A stretch of 64,000 bases of DNA from Eledone cirrhosa (taxonomy: Eukaryota): the NCBI GenBank assembly GCA_964016885.1, contig OZ024740.1, forward strand, positions 110,732,001 through 110,796,000, in the 5' to 3' direction. Below are positions 25,338 through 37,748 of this stretch, piece after piece. The notes under the pieces were generated by a model, which saw nothing but the letters and a program-made list of their open reading frames with translations, was not told where the DNA came from and ran no database searches. Position 1 is the first letter of the stretch. Each line of letters begins with the position of its first letter. Position numbers and translations under genes: made by a program.

Positions 25338-27850
25338 TATTGTTATACTTGGTGAGGGTCATATTTGTGTAATAATATTGCCAGAATTAATACCAGAACA
25401 CACTCACTGTTTGGTTGGTTTTCGCTTCTGTGTCTTTTATATCGGTTAATTTAATTTATTCGGTCCTCAATGTTTCCATTGACTGACCAACGGTCAAAAA
25501 TACAGATATAATTTAGACACAAACACATATATATAGTCTAACAAAGTTCTTTCGTTGCACATCTGCAACATCGTCAGTGGTGCCATTATGTTTCCTCCCG
25601 TTGTATTGTATGCCTACGCCCTCTTATTTAGTCTGTTAATTAATTAATTTATTTTTTGTCTTCTCTGCGCATGCGTTTGGGTGTGTGTATAGTGTTTAAT
25701 GTGTGTTCGTGTTTGGGTGACTGTGTATTGGTTATTGTATTCTATCTTAGTTTACTAGTGTGTGTTTATATGTGCTTGTTGTTATTGTGCTTGTGTATGT
25801 ATTTATTTACTTATTTATCTCTTAGGTTGGTATTGTTTGTTTGGGTGTTGTTGTTATTCCATGCATTTTTTCTGTTTAACCTTGGCTTTATAAGTTCTAT
25901 TTCGCTGACCTCTCTGATTTGCCTATCTGCTGGGTCATTTCTATGTTTAGATATTATTCTAATTTCTATGTTACCGTCGTTTTGTTGTCTGGCATGTTCG
26001 TATAGTACTGAAACGTTTTATCGTCCTTTTAGTTCCCCCCAGTGTTGGTCTATCCTTTCACCTATGCTGCAAGCTGTCTCGCCTATGTATGTTGTTGTCA
26101 TGTTTCTGCAAGTATCCTCTGTACATCTTATTCTATAGACTACGTTTCTAGTTTTACAGTTTATCCGGGGGTTTACTTTACATATAATACATTTCCTATT
26201 AGTACAGTGGGTTTTCTTAAAAGGGTAGGTTTTGCTGATCAGGGATTTAATGGTGGTTCCTGGCTTTTCTACCACCTTAATCTTTAAGTGGGTCTTTCTC
26301 AGGGCCTTTCTACACTGGTTAGCTAATTTCCCTCCAGGGGTAGCGTCCACAAATATGGCACTCTGTATCTCTGGTTGTCGTACCATGAGGTGGCTTTCCC
26401 TATCTTATGTCTAGTCCTATCTAAGCTATTCCATGATTTGCTCCTGTATAATGGGAAAATTCCTTTCATGTCCAGTTCTATGATGGTCTTATACCTCTCC
26501 GTGGCTCCTTCGTATACTCTGATTCTGTCTCTTTGGTTGTAGCCAGAGAACTGCATGCGGTTTATGAAGTGTTGGATGTGTCTTTCCATTTCTATTGGGT
26601 CGCACATGCGGGACACGTTCTTCATCACTCGTACCAAGTCTGCGATCATAATATTAAACTTAGCACTACTGGACATTGCTGAGTTTTTGAGTATCAGGTA
26701 TTTGGAGGCCATGGGTTTAGCATAGTGTGAGTGGAGAATTTGGGCTCTCTCATCTATAGTGTTAATCCAGAGTTCCGTGTCTAATACAGGTAGTCTATTG
26801 TTAGGGTGTTTGGAAGGGTAGTCGATAGTTACAGTTATACTCTGGTGTATGGAATTAGCTATCTGCTGAATGCCTTCCTTTGTGCAACGTTCTAAATCAA
26901 ACTTGTTAGTACTCTCTTGTGGGGATGTCCTTATTACTATATTGATGTCGTCTACGTAACCAGAGTACATGATGAGGTCTATGGAGCACTCATCAAGGAG
27001 ATCTTTGAGTCTCCTTTCCCACCATACCAGATCTTTGAGTCTCCTTTCCCACTGCTCCATTATTTTTGGTGTAGATCTTCTCGTTGAATTTGAATATGTG
27101 GCCCTTTAGGGTAGTTTTGATACTAGCCTCTATTGCATGTGCGACCATTTTTCTTACCTGATCATTGTTTTGGGGGGTCCGTATAGCTTTGGTCCACCCA
27201 ATCCACCTTCCCATGGGAGTCTTTTTCGCTATTGAGGTTATGGTGGAGTGTCTACCTCTTATGGGTCTACTGGGGCAGAAACATCTAAGGTCATGGCTGT
27301 CTAGGTAGTCAGTGTCATAGGTAAGTCTAAGTAGGAGGCCCAGTTCGTCTGTGTCGACGTCGCAGAACTCCACCTCACTCTCAATGATCATCTCCACACA
27401 TTTTTCCACAGCAAAATTAATGTTAATGGATGGGTACAGTGATACCACATCCATACTGCCTATTATGCAGTTGGATTGGTTTTTGTTTTTGTTGCACTCA
27501 CTGATTCTGCTGAGGAGGTCCTCTGTACTGTCACATACATCTGGGGACATCATCATTATGGGGAGTATTACCATTGAGAGGAAGTAGGAGATCCTGTAGT
27601 TGCTAACTACATTTGCTCCGCATACATGTCTTGTTGGTGTTCCTGTTATCGGGTCGCCGATTGTCTTGTGGTTTTTGCAGAGCCCATACAAGTGTGGTAT
27701 GCCATTGTTAGACGCCTGTAAGTTGTTGGCAGTGCGTTTGCTTGGCTTTAGGATGTCAGTCCATATCATCATGTGAGCGTTGAGGATTTTCTCTCTCCCA
27801 TCATGTATTTGCTGTGCAATTTCGCTCGTGTTGGTGATGTGGGGTTGCAA
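25338..27850 (-). mobile_element. 5'-truncated Penelope-like element (RT 26323-27853, GIY-YIG about 25890-26386, pLTR with HHR 25541-25580)
   Basis: GSMDVVSLYPS, YSGYVDDINIV, LPVLDTELW, NCKTRNVVYRIRC, YIGET; relative of the 1461-4397 element. Confidence 0.92.
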
Positions 27851-29646
27851 CAAATGAGGGGGCAGCCATTGGCCTCAGCATAGCTGGTGACGTTTCCAAA
27901 CTTTTTATGGTATGGTGGGAAAGTAGACTCAAAGATCTCCTTGAAGAGTGCTCCATAGACCTCATCATGTACTCTGGTTACGTAGACGACATCAATATAG
28001 TAATAAGGACATCCCCACAAGAGAGTACTAACAAGTTTTATTTAGAACGTAGCATAATGGAAAGCATCCAGCAGATAGCTAATTCCATACACCAGCGTTT
28101 AACTGTAACTATCGACTACCCTTCTAAACACCCTAACAATAGACTACCTGTATTAGACACGGAACTCTGGATTAACACTATAGACGAGGGAGCCCAAATT
28201 CTCCACTCACACTATGCTAAACCCATGGCCTCCAAATACCTGATACTCAAAAACTCAGCAATGTCCAGTAGTGCTAAGTTTAATATTCTGATCGCAGACT
28301 TGGTACGAGTGATGAAGAACGTGTCCCGCATGTGCTACCCAACAGAAATGGAAAGACACATCCAACACTTCATAAACCGCATGCAGTTCTCTGGCTACAA
28401 CCGAAGAGACAGAATTAGAGTATACAAAGGAGCCACGGAGAAGTATAAGACCCTCATAGAACAGGACATGAAAGGAATTGTCCATTATACAGGAGCAAAT
28501 CATGGAATAGCTTAAATAGGACTAGACATAAGATAGGGAAAGCCACCTCATGGTACGACAACCAGAGATACCAGAGTGCCATGTTTATAGACGCTACCCC
28601 TGGAGAGAAATTAGCTAACCAGTGTAGAAAGGCCCCTGAGAAAGACCCACTTAAATATTAAGGTGGTAGAAAAGCCAGGAACCACCATTAAATCCCTGAT
28701 CAGCAAAACCTACCCTTTTAAGAAAACCCACTGTACAAATAGGAAATGTATTATATGTAAAGTAAACCCCCGGATAAACTGTAAAACTAGAAACGTAGTC
28801 TATAGCATAAGATGTACAGAGGATACTTACAGAAACATGACAACAACATACATAGGCGAGACAACTCGTAGTATAGGTGAAAGGATAGACCAACACTGGG
28901 GGGAACTAAAAGGACTAAAAAACGGTCAGTACTATACGAACATGCCAGACAACAACAACACGACGGTAACATAGACAACATAGAAATTAGAATAATATCT
29001 AAACATATAAATGACCCAGCAGAAAGCAAATCAGAGAGACCAGCGAAATAGAACTTAGAAGGCCAAGGCTAAACAGCAAAAATAAGTGGAATAACAACAC
29101 CCAAACAAACAATACCGACCTAAGAGCAGTATAAATAAATAAATAAATACATACACAAGCACAATAACAACAAACACATATAAACACACACTAGTAAACT
29201 AAGATAGAATACAATAACAAATACACAGTCACCCCAAAACGAACACACATCAAACACTATACACACACGCAAACGCATGTGCAGAGAAGACAAAAAAAAA
29301 ATAAACATAAAAAATAAATAAATAAAAAGACTAAATAAAGATGGCGTAGGCATACAATACAACGGGAGGAAACATAATAGCACCACTGACGATGTTGCAG
29401 ATGTGCAACGAAAGAACTTTGTTAGACTATATATATGTGTTTGTGTCTATATTATATGTGTATTTTTGACCGTAACATTGAGGAACGAATAAATTAAATT
29501 AGCCGATATAAAAGACACAGAAGCGAAAACCAACCAAACAGTGAGTGTGTTCAGTTATTAATTCTGGGAATATTATTACACAAATATGACCCTCCCCAAG
29601 TATAACAATATTTCTTTCGACACACATATCAAAAACCTCGCATTAC

Positions 29647-29650
<4 letters not shown>
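27851..29650 (+). mobile_element. Inverted second copy of the same PLE (RT C-terminus 27907-28515, GIY-YIG 28663-28974, pLTR with HHR 29383-29422, tail)
   Basis: ORFs nearly identical to the left arm; CTGACGA-t-GTTGCA gatg TGCAAC-GAAAG aa CTT; ends ATGACCCTCCCCAAGTATAACAAT plus tail and (TA)n. Confidence 0.92.
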
Positions 29651-29692
<42 letters not shown>

Positions 29693-30153
29693 TGTACATC
29701 ATATACACATATGTGTATATCATAATTATCTTGTGTACTACCTCATATGCATATACGTTCCTTCTGTTTTTTTATATATATTCTGTACACATTTTCTTTG
29801 TACGGTCTGAGCATACTATGTACTGTAATATCATGAACGCCCATTATGTGGCCTTGCGTGAAGATTCCATACTTGGATTGATCCATGATCGCAACGTAAC
29901 AACATTTCTGTAGACACATGCAACTGGGCGCACCCTTTCATGTATAGAACACTGTGTATCTCCATGTGCCATTTATGTATATTTTTAATATTTTTAATAT
30001 TGTTAATATATCTTATATTTTATATTTTTTTATATATATATATTTTTATGCGTGCGTGGGTGTGTATGGAAATATGCGCATATTTGTATGAGTGTATATG
30101 AGCCTGTGTGTGTGTGTGTGTGTACAAACACCCCTGTAGGGAAAGGGTTTGTT

Positions 30154-30192
<39 letters not shown>

Positions 30193-31504
30193 TAGCAGAA
30201 GTACCTGGCGTTGCCCGGGTGTAAGTCGACCTTTGCTCTTTTGTTAAAATGTATGAAAGTTACTTCCCGCGCATCACAGGTGCAAAAACCTTCGAAACTC
30301 AATGAAAAAAAAAACAGAGGTTAGTAGAAGCAGATGTGTAATTATGCATAAATAATGGATCAATTGTAGGTTCACAGTGTATCGTTGAAATTGTTCTTTG
30401 CACGACGGATGTCAAATTCACTTGAAATTGAATTTTCAGTTGATTTTTAAAGGAGGGTGAAAAAGTCGTTTTTTTTCAAATTTTTTTTTCTTTTATAATT
30501 TTCGCGCTCACATGTGCAGAAGAAATAAAAGGGACTTTATCTGAACCGCGGCAAAATGGCGAGTCTTTTGCGACAAGAAAATCGGACGTTCCTGTAAAAA
30601 GTTTTTCAATGTGCAACGTTACTTTGTTTTTTGCGCAAAGTCGAACCTCCGCTTCAGTTTTATTGATTTTTTACATGAATGCGTGACCTCTGAAGTAGAT
30701 TTGAGTGGCTAAAAACCTGTCCCGGTAAATTTGCTATAGGTGAAAAAAAGTTGACCAAAATTGTGTCTAGTGTTATTGCCCTTTGCAACAGCCCCAACGT
30801 GTTTTCAAGTATGGTTTGTTAATTTGTTATGGAACTAAATCGACTTTCGTTAAATTGAACCGAGGAAACAATGTTTCCATTTGTCTTTCTAGCTGGTGTA
30901 CCCGGTTACACTCGGGGTTATGTGGCGCTGGATTTAAACGGGTCTGCGCTAAATTCAAGCAGGATGCTTTAACCGAAATAAATGAAGAACAAACGGTTCT
31001 TTTTGTGCTCCAATCTGTGATATTGGTATTTTTAAAAAATAGTCCACAAACATCCATGGAGCATGTGTAACGCATGTATCAGGTTAGGAGAAAAAGGGTT
31101 TTCGATTCTCCATTCATAAGATACCAAAAAATTGCACGCAAATAAACCGGGATTTTAAGACACTGCCCAATTCATAGCAAGTGGAATAATTTGTTGTTGT
31201 TTGCGGCTGACAGGGCGTGGATGCGGCATGCCAATTGAGTTGCACCTCGGGAATGTAGAGAGCACCGGGAGCCATGATGAGTGTTTGAGAAAACCGGGTG
31301 CAAGGCAGGAGTTTATCGGCCATACATGATCGGTAGGCTTTGGAGGAGAAAGAGATGAATGTTTGTTTAATTTTGTAAATATGGTCAAAATGAATGTAAA
31401 AAGACTTACACAGGATCGTCTTCATGTTCGGTGCTGTCTTTGGTCTGAGATAATGGGCGGTTATGTGCGGCGCAGGAATAAACCATGCTCATGACATTTG
31501 AGCA

Positions 31505-32370
31505 AGTTGCTGACAGGGCAGGAATGCCGCATGGTGAGCCATGGCAGTCGTGAGGGACCAAGGTGTGCGGGCAAGGGAGAGGGTAGGGGTTGACGGTGGC
31601 AGGGATGGGGCTTGGTTAGGCATGGCAGTCTTGAAGGAGCACGGTGGGCAGGAAAAATAAAGGGCTGAGGAGGGGATGGCGGCTAACAGATGATGGATGC
31701 GGCATGGTGAGGCATAACGATGCAGTGGGTCGACGGCGTGCAGGGAAGGGAGATGGCCGGGATTAACGGTTGCAGGGATTCCGCATGGCGAGCCATGGCA
31801 CTCGTGAAGGACCAAGGCGTGCGGGTAAGGGAGAGGGCAGGGGAGGGCATGGCGGCTGACAGAGCATGGATGCGGCATGGTGAGGCATGACGATGCAGTT
31901 GGACGACGGCGTGCAGGGAAGGGAGAGGGCAGGACTTGATGGTGGCAGGGATGCGGCTTGGTTAGGCATGGCAGTCTTGAAGGATCACGGCCGGCAGGCA
32001 AAGTAAGGTCTGAGGAGGGGATGGTGGCCGACAGGGCAGTAATGCGGCATGGTGAGGCATGACGATCCAGTGGGACGACGGCGTGCAGGGAAGGGAGAGG
32101 GCAGGGGTTGACGGTGGCAGGGATGCGGCTTGGTCAGTCATGGAACTCTTGAGCTCTCCCGGAGTGTAGGCAATTGAAATGGGCAGGGTGGATGGTGGCA
32201 GGGATTCGGCATGTTGAGCCGTGGCAGTCCTTAGGGACCACGGAGGGCAGGCAATGGAAAGGGCCGGGGAATGAATTGCGGCTGACAGGGCAGAGATGCG
32301 CATGGTGATACACAACGATGCAGTGGGTCGACGGCGTGCAGGGAAGGGGGAGGGCAGGGTTTGACGGATG
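31505..32370. repeat. GC-rich minisatellite (about 80-95 bp units) inside the Helitron
   Basis: Recurring GGATGCGGCATGGTGAGGCATG...GCAGGGAAGGGAGAGGGCAGG. Confidence 0.85.
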
Positions 32371-32649
32371 CCTCATTATGCTAAGGTAGTGGGACAACAG
32401 GAATGAAGAGAGCGCATGGAGGCTCGATGATGGCTTCAGAAGACTGGGCGCAATACAGGATGATGCGCGGCGGTATAGTCTTGATAGTTCTTATATAAGA
32501 AATGGAAAAATCGGCATAAAAGGTTTGCTGAATATGGTGAGCGTTAATTTAAAGCGACTTACGGTGGATAATCCTGATAGATTGAACGTTTTTTGCATGG
32601 CGGGAGTCACGACAAATGGAAGCAAGAAGAATGGCGTTTTTCGGTTGCC

Positions 32650-33010
32650 GGAATTTGCCTCTGGGGGTCAGATTATCCGAATTTCAAGTACCCCAAGTTG
32701 ATCCCCGCATCAAAATACATACCTACGTCAAATTTCATTGGAATCGGACAAATTTCGTAAATATCGATTTTTTGCTTCTGGTGATCAAATTATCGATTTT
32801 TCGAAAGTTTAATGTAGCCCACGTTCACCCACCGAACAAAATACACAATTGCGTCGAGTTTCATCGAAATTGGATGATTTTTGAAAATATCGATGTTTGG
32901 CTTCTGGGGACCCGATTATCGATTTTCCGAAAATTTTAAGTAGTCTATTCCAATCTACGGGTCGAGTTTTATATATGTGTCAAGTTTCATGAAAATCGGA
33001 TGAACGGTGT
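32650..33010. repeat. Three approximately 120-bp subterminal repeats of the Helitron
   Basis: Recurring GCTTCTGG..ATTATCGATTTT...TTTCAT..AATCGG. Confidence 0.75.
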
Positions 33011-33855
33011 AGCCTGCAAGTTCGGGACACCAAACAAACAAACAACACCCAACTTCACTTTATATATATAGAAGATATATGCGTGTTTACGAGCGAGTGT
33101 GTATCTGTGCGTGTATATATGGGTACGTGTGTATATGTGTGTGCGTGGGTGGAGAGAGGGGTCTACGTACATGTTTGTACGTGTTTGTGTGTACGTGTAT
33201 ACATACGCGTATGCATGTGTATGAGCATGTGTCTGTGCGTGTTTATGTATATCGGCCTGTGGGCATGTGTCTATGTATAACGTGACTCTCTGGATGAATG
33301 TATGCGTATGTTTATGTTCTCCTTAATGTGTGGGTATAGCGGGAACCTATTCGTACGACTGTCGGTATCTATGTGGTTGTGTGTGTGTGTATGTGTGTGT
33401 GTGTGAGTGCGCGCGTGGATGTGTGGACTACCAAACACAGCAGTAATTCATTGAAGCGTAGCAGACATGCGACAGCAAAATAATACCTGTGGTCAGTATT
33501 TATGATGACGTAGCAAGTAGCGTGCAATCACTGGACGCGCGAAGAAGATGAAGTTTTTGACAGTACTGGCCCACAGGGTCAGATATCCTAGTGGAAGAAT
33601 ATGCTACGAAATCATTATACATGTCCGTCGAACCTGCGGGTCGAGAATCAGACAGATCCACACAATGATCGCGTCTCGAGCTGTCCGCCGGCGAAACAAT
33701 TGTAACACACAATAAATTGAGTTCAGATGCATCACTGATTTTTCGTTTTATATTATATCACACTCTCCTCCTCTGTAAGAACATAGAGTGCTCAACCGGC
33801 ATACCGCCTATGGAAGCATCTTAGCTACCATCCGACAGACATATATATATATATA

Positions 33856-33929
<74 letters not shown>

Positions 33930-33930
<1 letters not shown>

Positions 33931-34200
33931 TTTTGTCCCAAAAGTAAGGGTACAGTTTTTCCTGTGCGTGACTCGGTAAGGTAGCACTGCGATGACAATC
34001 TCGTCAATAAATCAACAAAGTGTGGAAGTGGTGCAAGCAGTGATGCAGTAATGGTGAAAGATCGCCAAGTAAGTGTTAGGATGATTGCAGAAGAAACAGG
34101 CTTGGATAAACATGCAGTTCACAGGATTTTAACAGATCATTTGCACATACGAAACATGTGCTAGAAAGACACGGAATTGAGCCAAATTTTTGGGATAAAG
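33930..34200 (+). mobile_element. Internally deleted mariner transposon
   Basis: TIR-like CTTTTGTCCCAAAA / TTTTGGGATAAAG with TA flanks; transposase HTH remnant VKDRQVSVRMIAEETGLDKHAVHRILTDHL at about 34054-34160. Confidence 0.8.
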
Positions 34201-34877
34201 TAATATGGTATGTATAATGATGGTAAAGTGCTTGAATGTGTGTGTCGGGATGGAAAAGGGAAGTTATGACAAGTGGAGGAAACTGAGACAATAAGGAAGG
34301 TATGGATATAGTGTGCCCGATGACGATGACGATGATGGTATGTGTTGATGATGATGATGGTAAGAATTATTAAGAGGGGTGAAAATATGGGTGAAGATGA
34401 TGATGATGATAGGGTAAATGAAATGAATATGTATATATTAATCGGTGGAAGTGAGGATTAATTAAGATGTTTACTGAAAAGTATTTATTGAGAAATAGAA
34501 TTACTTGTGAAAAGAAACAGGATGGTCTGAATCAAATGAAATGGTTCAGTAGATTTTTGGAGTGGGTTGTAGTGATGGTGGTAAAAATATATTTAGTGGT
34601 CTGTGTTTGGTAGTGATGATGTGAAAACATTTTTCTGTAAATGTCTTAATTTATCTTCACCCCACCTATGTCTTTCTATATTCTTATAAAGCTACTCAAT
34701 GGATATGAAAATTGTCTTTATTTAGATATACACTGTATCAAAAGATTTCTACTTTTCTGTGTGTGATTGTTAATATGCTTTTACAATCGGTTACTTAGAA
34801 CTTTTAATTTTTAACTGTATAGGTAGTGTCAAGTCATCTTAATTTTAAAACCTTTATTTTATTTATTCATTATTTAT

Positions 34878-35060
34878 TGGATTGGTAGTATCAGTAGAGG
34901 GTCGGACGCCATGCTTTCCAGCATAGTTACGTCCCTTTATGATCTGAGTTCAAATCCCGCCGAGGTTGACTTTGCCTTTCATCCTTACGGGGTCGATAAA
35001 ATAAAGTACCAGTAATGCACTGGGTAATTTGCTGGCCTTGTGCCTAAAGTAGAAACAATT
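34878..35060 (+). mobile_element. Meta-type tRNA SINE
   Basis: Full family consensus. Confidence 0.88.
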
Positions 35061-35137
35061 ATTTATTTGTTAATTATGCGGTTAGTGTACTTTAATGTAA
35101 TTTTAAATGTAGGTATTTGGTGTAATATTAATGCTGG

Positions 35138-35408
35138 AAAATATTCAACTACCACACAGTAAAAATAAGCTACTCTTGTGCCAAAAAATGCAAAAGCCTT
35201 CCACCTTACGGATGTTCATGCAGAAGGCAAGAGGCATACATCCCGGACCAACAGGGCAACACTCCATACGATGCAGAAGTGACCTTCACCAATCCGAACC
35301 ATCAAACTGAAAGCTGGGACTTATGTAGGAATGTGTGAGAGCCGAGTACAAAACTGTTTCCTGAGTCACGGAAAGATCTTCATACATCCTGACAAAAACC
35401 ATACGATT
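35138..35408 (+). pseudogene. Degraded Naiad-type PLE linker/GIY-YIG fragment
   Basis: KIFNYHTVKISYSC, GCSCR, YDAEV, then (frameshift) TYVGMCE..FLSH..F; parallels 6296-7129. Confidence 0.7.
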
Positions 35409-35527
35409 CAGATCTTAAGTAAGTCTTTGTATATGTGACTGTTGTAAACGGGTATACTTAACTCGTCCTATGAACCGAGTGCTCTAAACTCTTGGATATT
35501 TATACCAGTTTTGTACTGCAGTATATG

Positions 35528-35600
<73 letters not shown>

Positions 35601-35603
<3 letters not shown>

Positions 35604-35760
35604 ATTGTTTCTACTTTTGGCACAAGGCCAGCAATTACCCAGTACGTTACTGGTACTTTATTTTATCGACCCCGTAAGGATGAAAGGCAAAGTTAACCTC
35701 GGCAAGATTTGAACTCAGATCGTAAGGGGACGTAACTATGCTGGAAAGCATGTCCGACCC
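35601..35760 (-). mobile_element. Meta-type tRNA SINE
   Basis: Reverse complement of the family consensus. Confidence 0.85.
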
Positions 35761-35814
35761 TATTATTGTTATTATATATATATAATAATAATAATACTAT
35801 TTATAGTTATGTAT

Positions 35815-36390
35815 ATACTATAAACAACTATAAACAGGAAAGGTCAGTAATTTCCTACTACCTTATTACCACTAAGAGAAATAACTCAATGTAAGAACAT
35901 CAGTTGTTTTACAGAGCAGGAAAATAAATAAATTAGACAATTATCAAAGTTGTCTTCAAATCATTTAATAGCTGACAATCGTTTCTTCCAAACTCTCGTT
36001 TGGATTCATCGGAGCATTATCAATGTTTGTACATGCAATTAACCTCTTTCTTTCTCAAACCTCCTTTCTCAATGCCTATTTACTTATTAGACTATTCTCT
36101 TATATTATCTGTTGCATGTATTCCACTCTGTGCTTTTAATTTGAATTTGAATTTTTGTACAATTCTCGTAAAATATATGTCACATCCATTCCACACTGTA
36201 AATACGAGACTGTTGCTCACAACATCAATATATATGTATCTATATTATTGTTCAGTTGAATAGGAGGTTAATTACATGTACAAACATTGATAATGTCCCG
36301 ATGATTCCAAACGAGAGTTTGGAAGAAACGATTGTCAGCTATTAAATGATTTGAACACAACTTTGATGATTATCTAGTTTATTTATATAT
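35815..36390. mobile_element. Family A inverted pLTR pair with hammerheads at 35971-36015 (-) and 36295-36339 (+)
   Basis: GCU-CCGAUGA-(a/u)UCCAAAC gaga GUUUGGAA-GAAAC gauu GUC-AGC; inverted arms around a spacer of about 215 bp. Confidence 0.8.
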
Positions 36391-36408
36391 ATAAAATACT
36401 CTTTCTCC

Positions 36409-36455
<47 letters not shown>

Positions 36456-36549
36456 AGTGTTTGTGTGTGTGCGTGTGTGTGTGTGTGTGGATCTTTTCAT
36501 ATATATATATATATATTCGTGTTATCTTCTCGAACATAGGAATGAGTAA

Positions 36550-36735
36550 CAATTATTTCTACTTTTAGTACAAAGCCAGCAATTATCCCAGTACATTACT
36601 AGTACTTTATTTTATCGACCCCGTAAGGATGAAAGGCAAAGTTAACCTCGGCGGGATTTGAACTCAGAATGCCAAGGGCCGTAACTCTATGCGTCAAAGC
36701 ATGGCGTCCGACCCTCTACCGATACTGCCAATCCA
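36550..36735 (-). mobile_element. Meta-type tRNA SINE
   Basis: Reverse complement of the family consensus. Confidence 0.88.
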
Positions 36736-37016
36736 ATGAATACCGAATTGTTGTTTGAATATTCTTTATTATTGGTACTTAGCAATAGGAAAGAAAAATG
36801 GAAGCATTGTTTCCTCACACCGATTTGCCGAGCTCCATCCCACTCGTTAAGCGAATGAGGTCTGGGTTCTTGTAGATCAACTGTTATATATTATTGCAAA
36901 GTGGTGAGTGTTGTTACTCTCGAATTTCTCTTCAGTACTTACAGGATCACCAGACAAGAACCATCACTTAGCCATAATAAAGAGTGTATATATATACACA
37001 CACATATATATATATA

Positions 37017-37642
37017 TAAATACCAATGATCGTTGGCAAATCACTGATGAGGGACTCATTTTATAACATGTAATCCATGTGCAACCATGCAGTATTCTTC
37101 TCCCCATATTTTTCATATATTTACCTAAACTGCGATTCTATGTTTCTCTCTTTCTCTCTTACTGCTCCCTCGTTCTCTCTGTTTCTCTTACTTTCTTTCG
37201 TCCCCTCTGTCATGTCAGTTAACACTTTCTCTCTACTGACCTCTTCCTCGCACTTCCACTCACTCACTCTCTGTTTCTCCCCTTCTTACTTCCTCCCGTT
37301 GGCTACGAACCCGATTTTCCTTCTTTCTCACATCAGATTCACTAGCGAAAGGTCTGTATCTTACTCGCTCATGTATTCACCCAGCTTATGCTGACAGAAT
37401 AACCATGTTGCTTGTGTTTCTTTCCATCTTCGGTTAGCTTTCCCCTGTGTTGTTTACTTGTCTCACTCGCTTTACGCGTTTCAATTGTCCCAATAACTTA
37501 TTTTAGTTATTGTCGCACCAACGTGAGGTATATGATTTTTAATGCGATGAAATACCAATGATCATTGGCAAATCACTGATGAGGGACTCATTTTATAACA
37601 TGTAATCCATGTGCAACCATGCAGTATTCTTCTCCCCATATT

Positions 37643-37650
<8 letters not shown>
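37017..37650 (+). repeat. About 100-bp direct repeats (period 532 bp) flanking a unique core, in (TA)n
   Basis: AAATACCAATGATC...CACTGATGAGGGACTC...CCCCATATTTTTCATATAT occurs twice. Confidence 0.8.
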
Positions 37651-37696
<46 letters not shown>

Positions 37697-37710
37697 TTAT
37701 ATATAGATAG

Positions 37711-37748
<38 letters not shown>

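Larger units (their letters stand above)
30192..33075 (-). mobile_element. Non-autonomous Helitron
   Basis: Minus strand starts A|TCTTCTATATATATAAAG..(GTTT)n and ends with hairpin CCCGGGCAACGCCAGG then CTAG|T; no TSD; internal tandem repeats. Confidence 0.88.

Noticed and set aside
25656-26138. Hydrophobic 160-aa ORF
   Set aside because: Antisense of the A-rich PLE 3' region
31489-32397. Pro/Cys-rich ORFs
   Set aside because: Arise from the Helitron-internal minisatellite; no Rep or helicase motifs seen
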